DNA from: Bacteroidia bacterium
Lineage (GTDB): Bacteria > Bacteroidota > Bacteroidia > J057 > JANRLA01
Reading direction: 5' to 3'
Length of the DNA stretch: 64,000 nt
Assembly: GCA_033763015.1 (NCBI GenBank)
Contig: JANRLA010000131.1
Coordinates: 19,601-83,600 of the forward strand
This document shows positions 48,169 to 56,206 of this stretch, piece by piece; position 1 is the stretch's first letter, and each line of letters opens with the position of its first letter. The position numbers and the translations under genes are program-made. Below the pieces are notes generated by a model. The model worked only from the letters and a program-made list of their open reading frames with translations. It made no database searches and was not told where the DNA came from.

Positions 48169-48171
48169 GGT

Positions 48172-48411
48172 ATGTTGGGAACTATTGAAAGGTTTGCTGA
48201 GCAGTTCGCCGAAGCTATTGCCGTAGCCGTAGAATCTGTTGTGTTCGATGCCCAGCTGGCGGCCCAACGCGTACTCGATGCCGCCTTTACCACCTGCGCC
48301 AACTCGCTTACCGAGCTAAGCGGTGGTGATGCCAGCTCGAACCTATTGGCTGCCCTGTTTGTCGCTGTGGGCGCTGGGGTTGTGGGCCATGCCCTGTGGC
48401 GGCTGCGCTAG
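48172..48411 (+). CDS. hypothetical 79-aa protein with C-terminal hydrophobic helix
   Basis: ATG lies directly after a -7 box. Ala-rich helical sequence ending LLAALFVAVGAGVVGHALW. Confidence 0.4.
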   Translation: MLGTIERFAEQFAEAIAVAVESVVFDAQLAAQRVLDAAFTTCANSLTELSGGDASSNLLAALFVAVGAGVVGHALWRLR

Positions 48412-48914
48412 TACGACAGGGGTACTTTTACCAGGGTGCGGTCCCACATCAGGGCCAATACCTCGGCTTTCTTATCGCCCTTTACGGCCTGTAGGTCCAG
48501 CGTGAAGACTTCAACTTCTTTCTCCAGGGTTTCAACGGGTACCGTTACGCGCACCACGTCTTTCTCGGCGTTGTAGTTGAACGAGCCCCACTGGTCGGTT
48601 TCAGCATTCAGGATAACCACCCACTCCGATTCTTTGGGGATGGTAAACAGGGCATAGCGGCCCGGCCGAATCGTCGTACCGCCAAACGAAACAGGCTTCT
48701 TGAACTCGATCTCTGTGCACTGGTTGGCCCCTGTGCGCCACACCTGGCCGTAGGGTACCAGCTTACCGAATACCTCACGGCCCCGCTTGCTGGGCTGCCC
48801 CCACTCAACGACTGCGTTTTTCGTTTTGTCGGTTACCCGAGGGCTCTTGGGCGCCTGCGCCTGGCTGGCGACCGCCAGCAAGAGGGTGAATACCGCGAGT
48901 GAAAGGCGTTTCAT
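48408..48914 (-). CDS. DUF2911 family secreted protein (paralog 1)
   Basis: Signal peptide followed by VEWGQPSKRGREVFGKLVPYGQVWRTGANQCTEIEF...GRYALFTIP. Confidence 0.75.
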   Translation of the reverse strand: MKRLSLAVFTLLLAVASQAQAPKSPRVTDKTKNAVVEWGQPSKRGREVFGKLVPYGQVWRTGANQCTEIEFKKPVSFGGTTIRPGRYALFTIPKESEWVVILNAETDQWGSFNYNAEKDVVRVTVPVETLEKEVEVFTLDLQAVKGDKKAEVLALMWDRTLVKVPLSY

Positions 48915-48918
48915 GGGG

Positions 48919-49467
48919 CTAGTTGGGGGTAGTGGTGGTGCTATCGGCGGGTGCGGGTTCTGCCGCGGTAGGCTGGGGCCCATAGAGGATGGGCAGGCGT
49001 ACCTGGGTCTGATCCCACGCCAATACCAACGCCTCGCCGCCGGGCAGGGTTTCAAACGTGAAGGTCATCTTCTCAACCACAGCGGGGGTGGGGGTAGGGG
49101 CTACGGTTGCGGTGAGCACGTCTTGGGCGGGGTCAAACTCGGTGCCCCATTGGCCCACCTGTTTGTTGAAGATGACCTGCCATTCGGTCTCGCCGGGTAC
49201 GGTCCAGAGCGTGTAGTCGCCCTTGGGTAGCGGTTTGCCGCCTACGGTGGCGTCTTCCTTCAGGCGGATAACTGTCGCCTCGTTGGCACCTGTCCGCCAG
49301 CGCTGGCCGTAGGGCACCAGCGCACCGAAGATGGTCCGCTCACGCTTGCTGGGTGAGCCATAGGTCACACTGGCCTTTTGGCCTTGGGCGGTTTCGGCGG
49401 GGCTTTTGCGGCTGCACGCGGTAAATGCCAGCAGTACTACGAGGCTAACAGAGAGTATACGTACCAT
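48919..49467 (-). CDS. DUF2911 family lipoprotein (paralog 2)
   Basis: Lipobox (LAFTACS) followed by VTYGSPSKRERTIFGALVPYGQRWRTGANEATVIRL...GDYTLWTVP. Confidence 0.75.
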   Translation of the reverse strand: MVRILSVSLVVLLAFTACSRKSPAETAQGQKASVTYGSPSKRERTIFGALVPYGQRWRTGANEATVIRLKEDATVGGKPLPKGDYTLWTVPGETEWQVIFNKQVGQWGTEFDPAQDVLTATVAPTPTPAVVEKMTFTFETLPGGEALVLAWDQTQVRLPILYGPQPTAAEPAPADSTTTTPN

Positions 49468-49544
49468 GACAGGAAATGTTAGACAACCAAAGTTGGGGGT
49501 AATTGCCCCCCTAAGCAAGCTGGGCCGGGGCGTCGGGTTACCGC

Positions 49545-49552
49545 TACTTTTG
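49545..49552 (+). promoter_or_regulatory. -7 box TACTTTTG 7 nt upstream of ATG 49560
   Basis: Perfect TAnnTTTG on the plus strand. Confidence 0.5.
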
Positions 49553-49559
49553 CCCCACG

Positions 49560-50552
49560 ATGGCCAAACGCGTCTTGATAACAGGGGCCGCTGGCTTTCT
49601 GGGCCGCTACCTGGTAGCCGAGTGCCTGGGGGCGGGCTACCAGGTGCGCGCACTCGTTCGGCAGCCCAACCCGGCGTCCCTGGCCCCACACTCTGGCCAG
49701 GTTGAGCAGGTGGTAGGGGATATACTGCTGCCCGAAACCCTGGAGGAGGCCCTCGAGGGTACCGATTACGTCGTGCACGCCGCGGCCCTGGTCGCTTTTT
49801 CGAAGACCGACCGCTACCGCCTCCTCGAGGTCAACCGGCAGGGCACGGCCCACGTGGTCAACGCCGCCCTGGCGGCCGGTACCCGCAAACTGGTATACAT
49901 CAGCAGCATAGCTGCCCTAGGCCGCCCTGCCCGCCCCGACGAACCCATCACCGAGGCCCTGCCTTGGGCGCCCAGCCCCTACAACACCGACTACGGCTAC
50001 AGCAAGCAGCTGGGCGAGCGCGAGGTGCTGCGGGGCGTAGAAGAAGGCCTGCCGGCCGTCATTGCCAACCCGACCCTCATCCTGGGGCCCACCGACTGGC
50101 GGCGAGGCACCGGCCGGTTGTTTAGCCGGGCCAAACGGGGCCTACGGGTGTACCCCACCGGCAGCAATGGTTTCACGGGGGTGTGGGATGTGGCCCGGGC
50201 CGCGCGGCTACTGCTCGAATCGAACTATTCAGCTGGCGAACGTTTCATCGTCTGCGCCGAAAACCTTTCGTTCCACGACTTCTTCGCCACCGTTGCCCGT
50301 GCCGTGGGCGGTCGGCCGCCTCGGTGGCCTCTATCGCCCCAACTGGCCTACGGGCTGGGGGTCGGGTTCGAGGCACTTGAGCGCCTGACGGGCCTGCCTG
50401 CCCTGCTGACGCGGGCCACGGCGCGCACCAGCGCACACCCGACCCGGTTCGACAACCGCAAGCTCGTCGAGGCCCTGGGCTTCGCCTACGAGCCCATCGA
50501 CTCCGTTATCGCCAAGACAGCCGCCGCATTTTTGGCCGATACCCAACGTTAA
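49560..50552 (+). CDS. NAD-dependent epimerase/dehydratase (extended SDR) family protein
   Basis: VLITGAAGFLGRYLV Rossmann motif and a YGYSK catalytic Tyr-x-x-x-Lys. Confidence 0.8.
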   Translation: MAKRVLITGAAGFLGRYLVAECLGAGYQVRALVRQPNPASLAPHSGQVEQVVGDILLPETLEEALEGTDYVVHAAALVAFSKTDRYRLLEVNRQGTAHVVNAALAAGTRKLVYISSIAALGRPARPDEPITEALPWAPSPYNTDYGYSKQLGEREVLRGVEEGLPAVIANPTLILGPTDWRRGTGRLFSRAKRGLRVYPTGSNGFTGVWDVARAARLLLESNYSAGERFIVCAENLSFHDFFATVARAVGGRPPRWPLSPQLAYGLGVGFEALERLTGLPALLTRATARTSAHPTRFDNRKLVEALGFAYEPIDSVIAKTAAAFLADTQR

Positions 50553-50558
50553 CCCGGC

Positions 50559-50765
50559 ATGCAGATTACCCTGAACGGCGAACCTGCCCCACTGACCGAG
50601 GGGCAGGTCCTCACCGATTTTCTACGTGCCCAGGGCCTTGACCCCGAGCAGCGGGGCTTTGCCGTGGCCGTGAACCGGCAACTCATCCGCCGGGCCGACT
50701 GGCCCACCCACGCACTCGCCGACGGCGACAGTGTCGAAATCGTCAACGCCCGGCAGGGTGGTTAG
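50559..50765 (+). CDS. thiS: sulfur-carrier protein ThiS
   Basis: 68 aa, begins MQITLNG and has a C-terminal GG (ARQGG). Confidence 0.8.
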   Translation: MQITLNGEPAPLTEGQVLTDFLRAQGLDPEQRGFAVAVNRQLIRRADWPTHALADGDSVEIVNARQGG

Positions 50766-51262
50766 TCCCACGCCAAGTCAATCGTCGGCCTGTCGTGGCG
50801 GGTTATGCCCGAACGCGTAACCGCGCCCTGGGTTACGTTCACCACGCTGGTCTGGTCGGTATACACCTCAAAGAGCACCCGGTTGGTGCAGGCAATGCGG
50901 TCGAATGGGGGCACGCCGGTAACTTCTAGGTACACCCAGGTAGCCTCGAGGCCCGCCTCGTAACCCACCCACTGCCAGGCGAGTGGCTGGGTGGTGCGTA
51001 GGCCAAACCGCTCGCGCAGGTAGGCCTCCAGCGCGGGGGCTGCGCCGGGCTTTTCTTGGGCCGTACCGATTTCAAAGCGCTCGCCGCTGTGCCGGTAGAG
51101 GGCCTCGTCCAGGTCGTCAGAAAAAATCCGCAGGCTGATCTGCAGTTCACCCGCAGCCGTGTGCTCCACCTCGGCCAGGCTGACGTGGATAGGGTGTGGG
51201 GGGGTGTTAAACAACCCCAAAAAGCATCCTATGCCCACCAACGCCGTACCCAGTGCATTCAT
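50762..51262 (-). CDS. DUF6702-like small secreted protein
   Basis: Signal/anchor segment followed by HPIHVSLAEVEH...LQISLRIFSDDL. As I recall, this is the hallmark N-terminus of the DUF6702 family. Confidence 0.5.
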   Translation of the reverse strand: MNALGTALVGIGCFLGLFNTPPHPIHVSLAEVEHTAAGELQISLRIFSDDLDEALYRHSGERFEIGTAQEKPGAAPALEAYLRERFGLRTTQPLAWQWVGYEAGLEATWVYLEVTGVPPFDRIACTNRVLFEVYTDQTSVVNVTQGAVTRSGITRHDRPTIDLAWD

Positions 51263-51316
51263 CCTTACGTGATTAGCCGACTAACTTACCCACCGTTAAC
51301 GTAGCCGTAACGTACT

Positions 51317-51925
51317 GTGCACCCCTTTTGGGTATACCTGCAACTGGGCCTGGGCCACATCACCGACCTGGGCGGGTACGACCACATGGTATTTCTGCTG
51401 GCCCTAACGGCTGTTCATACCTACCGCGAGTGGGCCCGGCTACTGTGGCTCGTAACTGCCTTTACCGTAGGCCACAGCCTTACGCTGGCACTTGCCACAC
51501 TCAAGCTGGTTTCGATCAGCCCAGCGCTCATTGAGTTTCTCATCCCGGTAACCATCCTGTGCACGGCGCTGGCAGGGCTCTTCACCCCCACCCCAGACCC
51601 ACGGGCGCGGCCCCGGCCTGGGCAACAGGCGCGGCGTGCCGCCCTGGGGTACCTCCTGGCGCTAGTTTTCGGCCTCATTCATGGGCTGGGTTTCGCCAAC
51701 TACTTGCAGGCGCTCTTGGGCAAGGCCAGTGTCACGCTGCCCCTCTTGGCCTTTAACCTGGGCGTAGAGCTGGGCCAACTGGCTATTGTTGCGGCCATTG
51801 TGGCGGTTGGCTACCTGCTACTGGCCATTTTCGGGGTCAAGCGCCGCGAGTGGCAGCTCATCCAGTGCGCGGTTGCCGCCACCTTGGCCACTCAACTTAT
51901 GGTACAAACCTATCCCGTTGCCTAA
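51317..51925 (+). CDS. HupE/UreJ-family membrane protein
   Basis: GLGHITDLGGYDHMVFLLAL (G-x-x-H...DH-x-x-F) and TVGHSLTLA motifs with about 6 TM helices. Starts with GTG. Confidence 0.7.
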   Translation: MHPFWVYLQLGLGHITDLGGYDHMVFLLALTAVHTYREWARLLWLVTAFTVGHSLTLALATLKLVSISPALIEFLIPVTILCTALAGLFTPTPDPRARPRPGQQARRAALGYLLALVFGLIHGLGFANYLQALLGKASVTLPLLAFNLGVELGQLAIVAAIVAVGYLLLAIFGVKRREWQLIQCAVAATLATQLMVQTYPVA

Positions 51926-51953
51926 CTTGTCTTTTTCGTTACCCCTGCACATC

Positions 51954-54323
51954 ATGCGCTACCTCGCTACCCTTGGGTTTGTGTTCGTTACCACGCTTGC
52001 CTTTGGGCAGTGGGCGAACAACCCCGACAACATCAACAAGAACAAGTTCCGCCAGTTGGATATGGAATTGCCCACCCCCAACGTGTACCGCACCGCCAGC
52101 GGCGCGCCGGGGCCCCAGTACTGGCAGCAACGCGCCGACTACGTCATCGACGTTACGCTCGACGACGAGCACCAGCGCATCACGGGCCGCGAAACCATTA
52201 CCTACAGCAACAACAGCCCCGACGTACTGAACTACCTCTGGCTCCAGCTCGACCAGCAGATTCACCGGCCGGGCTCAGATGCCCAGAAAACCGAAACGGG
52301 TACCCTCTCAGACCGCATGGCCCTCACGCGGCTGCGTAACGAAATGGCCGCCGACACCTTCCAGGGCGGCTTCAACATCACCGAGCTTACCGACGCCAAG
52401 GGCCAGAAGCTGCCCTACACCATCGTCAATACCATGCTGCGGGTAGACCTGCCCGCCCCGCTGCTGCCCAACCAGAAGTTCATCTTCAACGTGGCCTGGA
52501 ACTACAACATCAACAACCGTTCGGTCATTAGCGACCGCGGGGGCTTTGAGTACTTCGCCGAAGACGGCAACTACCTCTACACCGTGACCCAATGGTACCC
52601 CCGCATGGCGGTGTACAGCGACAACCTGGGTTGGATCCACAAGCAGTTCTACGGCCGAGGCGAGTTCACGTTACCCTTTGGCACCTTCCGGGTGCGCATG
52701 ACGGTCCCCGCCGACCACATGGTGGGCGCCACGGGCCAACTGCAGAACAAAGACAAAGTGCTCACCGCCACCCAGCTCGAGCGTTGGGCCAAGGCACAGA
52801 CCAGCTTTGACAAGCCCGTCATCATCGTAACCCAAGACGAGGCCACGAAAAACGAAAGCTCGCGCAGCAAGGAGACCAAAACCTGGGAATTCCTGGCCGA
52901 AAACGTGCGCGACTTTGCCTGGACCAGCAGCCGCAAGTTCATCTGGGATGCCATGGCCGTAGACATCGCCGGCCGTAAGGTTATGGCCATGAGCTACTAC
53001 ACCCGCCACGGCAACCCGCTCTGGGAGCAGTACAGCACCAAGGTGGTGGCCCACACCCTGAAGGTCTACAGCGCCCACACCATCCCCTACCCCTACCCGG
53101 TTGCCATCTCGGTAGATGGCGAGAACGGCATGGAGTACCCCATGATCTGCTTCAACTACGGGCGGCCCGAAAAAGACGGTACCTACAGCGATCGGATCAA
53201 GTATGGCATGATTGGCGTCATCATCCACGAGGTGGGCCACAACTTCTTCCCCATGATCGTCAACTCTGACGAGCGGAACTGGACGTGGATGGACGAGGGC
53301 CTGAACACCTTCTGCGAATTCCTGGCCGAGGTGGCCTGGGAGAAAGGTTACCCCGTTCGCCGAGGCATCCCCGAGTTTATCGTACCCTACATGAAGGGCG
53401 ATAAAACCAAAGACAACCCCATCATGCAGCAGAGTGACGAGATCCTGCAGTTTGGGCCCAACGCCTACAGCAAACCCGCCACGGCCCTGAACATCCTGCG
53501 CGAAACGGTCATGGGCCGCGAGCTCTTCGACCACGCCTTCAAGACCTACGCCCAGCGCTGGGCCTTTAAGCACCCCACCCCCGCCGACTTCTTCCGGACC
53601 AGGGAGGACGCCAGCGGCATGGACCTCGACTGGTTCTGGCGCGGCTGGTTCTACACCACCGACCATTGCGACATCAGCCTCGAGAACATCGCCTACTACC
53701 AGCCCAAACAAGACCCCGCCACCGAAAAGGCCATCGCCAAGGCCGACGCCGACGCGACCCCACCGCACCCCACCACGGCCTTCCAGAAGCAGTCGACCAC
53801 CGCCGTTGACCAAGACCCCACCCTGGCCGACTTCTACAACCGCTACGACCCCTTCAAGGCCCAGCCCTGGGAAGTTGAGGCGCACACCAAGTACCTCGAG
53901 GGCCTGACCCCCGAAGAGCGCCGGGTGTACGAAAAGGCCGCCAAAAAGCATTTTTACCAACTCGACTTCAAAAACGTTGGCGGCCTGGTCATGCCCATCA
54001 TCCTGCAACTCAACTACGAGGACGGGACGAGCGAAGTACTGCGTATACCTGCCGAAATCTGGCGCTACAACAACGAAAGCTTCAGCAAAACCCTCACCCT
54101 AGACAAGCCCTTGGCCAGCGTGGTACTCGACCCACTGAAAGAGACCGCCGATACCGATCTGGCGAACAACTACTTCCCCCGCCAAGAGGTCAAGAGCCGC
54201 TTCGAGCTCTTTAAGAGCCAACAAGGTGGCCGTGGGGGGGGTGGCCGTAACCTGATGCAGCTCGACCGCCAGTACAACGGCGGTGGCGCACCCAGCGGCA
54301 CGGGTTCGGGCTCGAACAACTAG
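51954..54323 (+). CDS. secreted M1-family zinc metallopeptidase (789 aa)
   Basis: Signal peptide. HEVGHNFF (HExxH) and WMDEGLNTF (the downstream Glu ligand). Confidence 0.85.
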   Translation: MRYLATLGFVFVTTLAFGQWANNPDNINKNKFRQLDMELPTPNVYRTASGAPGPQYWQQRADYVIDVTLDDEHQRITGRETITYSNNSPDVLNYLWLQLDQQIHRPGSDAQKTETGTLSDRMALTRLRNEMAADTFQGGFNITELTDAKGQKLPYTIVNTMLRVDLPAPLLPNQKFIFNVAWNYNINNRSVISDRGGFEYFAEDGNYLYTVTQWYPRMAVYSDNLGWIHKQFYGRGEFTLPFGTFRVRMTVPADHMVGATGQLQNKDKVLTATQLERWAKAQTSFDKPVIIVTQDEATKNESSRSKETKTWEFLAENVRDFAWTSSRKFIWDAMAVDIAGRKVMAMSYYTRHGNPLWEQYSTKVVAHTLKVYSAHTIPYPYPVAISVDGENGMEYPMICFNYGRPEKDGTYSDRIKYGMIGVIIHEVGHNFFPMIVNSDERNWTWMDEGLNTFCEFLAEVAWEKGYPVRRGIPEFIVPYMKGDKTKDNPIMQQSDEILQFGPNAYSKPATALNILRETVMGRELFDHAFKTYAQRWAFKHPTPADFFRTREDASGMDLDWFWRGWFYTTDHCDISLENIAYYQPKQDPATEKAIAKADADATPPHPTTAFQKQSTTAVDQDPTLADFYNRYDPFKAQPWEVEAHTKYLEGLTPEERRVYEKAAKKHFYQLDFKNVGGLVMPIILQLNYEDGTSEVLRIPAEIWRYNNESFSKTLTLDKPLASVVLDPLKETADTDLANNYFPRQEVKSRFELFKSQQGGRGGGGRNLMQLDRQYNGGGAPSGTGSGSNN

Positions 54324-54343
54324 AACCCCTACACCTCTACAGC

Positions 54344-54378
54344 CAAACGCCCCAGCCCACATCGGGTTGGGGCGTTTG
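54344..54378 (+). terminator. hairpin terminator after the M1 peptidase gene
   Basis: 11-bp stem CAAACGCCCCA / TGGGGCGTTTG with a structured 13-nt loop, 20 nt after the stop codon. Confidence 0.5.
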
Positions 54379-54434
54379 CATTAAACCTGGCACAGGGCCC
54401 AGCATCGAACGGTCGTTACAAACACACCGAAGCC

Positions 54435-54746
54435 ATGAAAACTCGTATGCTTCTGCCCCTGGCGCTAGTCGTTGCCCTCGCCGGTACTGTAGTCCTACCC
54501 ACTCGCGCCCAAGCCCAGCGCGTGGGAGTCACCATCCGCGTAGCCCCGCCTGCCCCGCGAATCGAACGTGTGGTGGTACGCCCTGGCTACACATGGGTGG
54601 GCGGCTACTGGCGCTGGAATGGCCACCGCTACGTATGGCGCAACGGCTATTACGCGCGTGTACGCCCTGGGCGTACGGTCTGGGTGGCGGGCCACTACAG
54701 CGCTGCCCCCGGGGGGTACGTCTGGGTACCCGGCCACTGGCGCTAA
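54435..54746 (+). CDS. YXWGXW/WxxGxW-repeat small secreted protein
   Basis: Signal peptide followed by repeated motifs: GYTWVGGYWRWNG, YVWRNGYY, VWVAGHY and GYVWVPGHW. Confidence 0.75.
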   Translation: MKTRMLLPLALVVALAGTVVLPTRAQAQRVGVTIRVAPPAPRIERVVVRPGYTWVGGYWRWNGHRYVWRNGYYARVRPGRTVWVAGHYSAAPGGYVWVPGHWR

Positions 54747-54818
54747 GCCACTGCCTGTAAACCTGTAGCTTTGGGCCTCAACCATTGGCCTACAGGCCTA
54801 TATACACAGGTACAATCC

Positions 54819-56039
54819 ATGAATAGCCCGGTAAAAGTTGGATTTCTGAACAGGCAGGGAAACCTTTTCTCAGAAATACACTTCATGAGTAAGAAATTCG
54901 ATTTTTATTCGATTGACGCTGCACGAATAGGGTTTGATCTATCGTTTCCGAACAATTACAGTTTACCGGAGATTGAATCGCCTGATATTTTCTTACTTGA
55001 TTCGACCTTCTACAGTGCCATAGAAAGACTTAGCGATACTGAAACCGGCTTGTTGTTCGAACGTTTACGAAAGCTGTCAAAACTGGGTAAAATTGTTGTC
55101 GCCGATGGCCGAGACCAGTTCGCACTCAACTACCCCCCGAAGATTTACGCGCATGCCGATGTGATACTCAAGACGAATGGGGTGTTTAAGGACAAGGAGC
55201 TCTACAACTACGCCACGGGCGCACTAAGCCCCTCTAAGCTATGGGGGCAAAAAGTCGAACTAAAACCCCCATCTGAGCGATATTCTAGTACAATTTTAGA
55301 TAAAATCAAGTTGTCGTACCCTTGTATGTTGGCCCTAGTGCCAAGAGTACGGGCAAAAGCGCGTGCGGTTCTTGGTTTCACTAAAAAAGACCGCCTTACG
55401 CGCTATGCAGGCGATATGGCCCTACAGGCTACAACCCGTGTTTTAAACAGGTTGGACTTGCCCCGGGCCGCCAATCTGCCGCTCTTCATTGGTGCCCTGA
55501 ACCACATCCAGCGGCTTGAAATGATCGAAATGCTCACCCAAACGAACGTTCAAGGTCATTACAAGATCGCCGGAGCCAAAAAAAATATGATCTGGGGTAC
55601 CGAGTACGGCAAGCAGAAGCTGCCCGATGCGGTAGTTGAGCAGATTTACGGACGGGCAAACGAACTGTCGCTTACTTCTCCAAAGCTTTCGAAGGCGGCA
55701 TACATGCTGTTGCTACGAAAGTATCTGTTCATACTCTCTCCGGTAGGGTATGGCGAGCTTTGCTTTCGGCACGGCGAGGCCTGGCAAAACCAACGTGTGC
55801 TAGTCTGCCAAGACCTGTCGCATGTAGAAATGATGCTGCCCATCGTCCACAATGAAAACGCGTTGTTCTGCAAGTCGGATTTTTCAGACTTGCCAAAGCT
55901 TATTCGAGACGCCCAGGCTGGAAAGTACAACCTGCGGGCCATTCAGGCTGAGGGATACAACCGTTGGAATTCCTTTGTGCGCGACCTGGATAGCGTACTC
56001 TACCAGGGCTTCGAAAAGCACGTCCTGGAGATTTTATAG
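54819..56039 (+). CDS. hypothetical protein, possibly GT-B/exostosin-like glycosyltransferase (low-GC gene)
   Basis: 406 aa with no signal peptide. The C-terminal LFILSPVGYGELCFRHGEAWQNQRVLVCQD...ENALFCKSDFSDLPKLI resembles the F-x-L-x-P-x-G...R-x-x-EA...V pattern of exostosin/CgeB-like transferases. The assignment is weak. Confidence 0.35.
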   Translation: MNSPVKVGFLNRQGNLFSEIHFMSKKFDFYSIDAARIGFDLSFPNNYSLPEIESPDIFLLDSTFYSAIERLSDTETGLLFERLRKLSKLGKIVVADGRDQFALNYPPKIYAHADVILKTNGVFKDKELYNYATGALSPSKLWGQKVELKPPSERYSSTILDKIKLSYPCMLALVPRVRAKARAVLGFTKKDRLTRYAGDMALQATTRVLNRLDLPRAANLPLFIGALNHIQRLEMIEMLTQTNVQGHYKIAGAKKNMIWGTEYGKQKLPDAVVEQIYGRANELSLTSPKLSKAAYMLLLRKYLFILSPVGYGELCFRHGEAWQNQRVLVCQDLSHVEMMLPIVHNENALFCKSDFSDLPKLIRDAQAGKYNLRAIQAEGYNRWNSFVRDLDSVLYQGFEKHVLEIL

Positions 56040-56206
56040 CTACGATTGCTTAGGCTGGCCAAACCGCTACTCAACAGAACAGGAATTGTACCTCTCGACC
56101 CAGTCAGGGCAAGCGAGACTACCCCAACAGCACTTGTACGCCCCAAACTGCACCCTGAACAAAGCTGCTGTGCCCTGCCCCTAAGCACCCGAAATAACCC
56201 CTGGCG

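Noticed and set aside
52671-54008. 445-codon ORF antisense to the M1 peptidase gene
   Set aside because: The translation (GGVLVNGGGRLLLEGRGG...) has shadow-frame composition. The opposite strand carries HExxH/WMDEG motifs and a signal peptide.
54234-54241. G8 homopolymer within the M1 peptidase 3' region (possible phase-variation tract)
   Set aside because: It encodes part of a Gly-rich tail (GGRGGGGRN) in frame near the C-terminus. There is no evidence of frameshifting, and a shift here would barely alter the protein.
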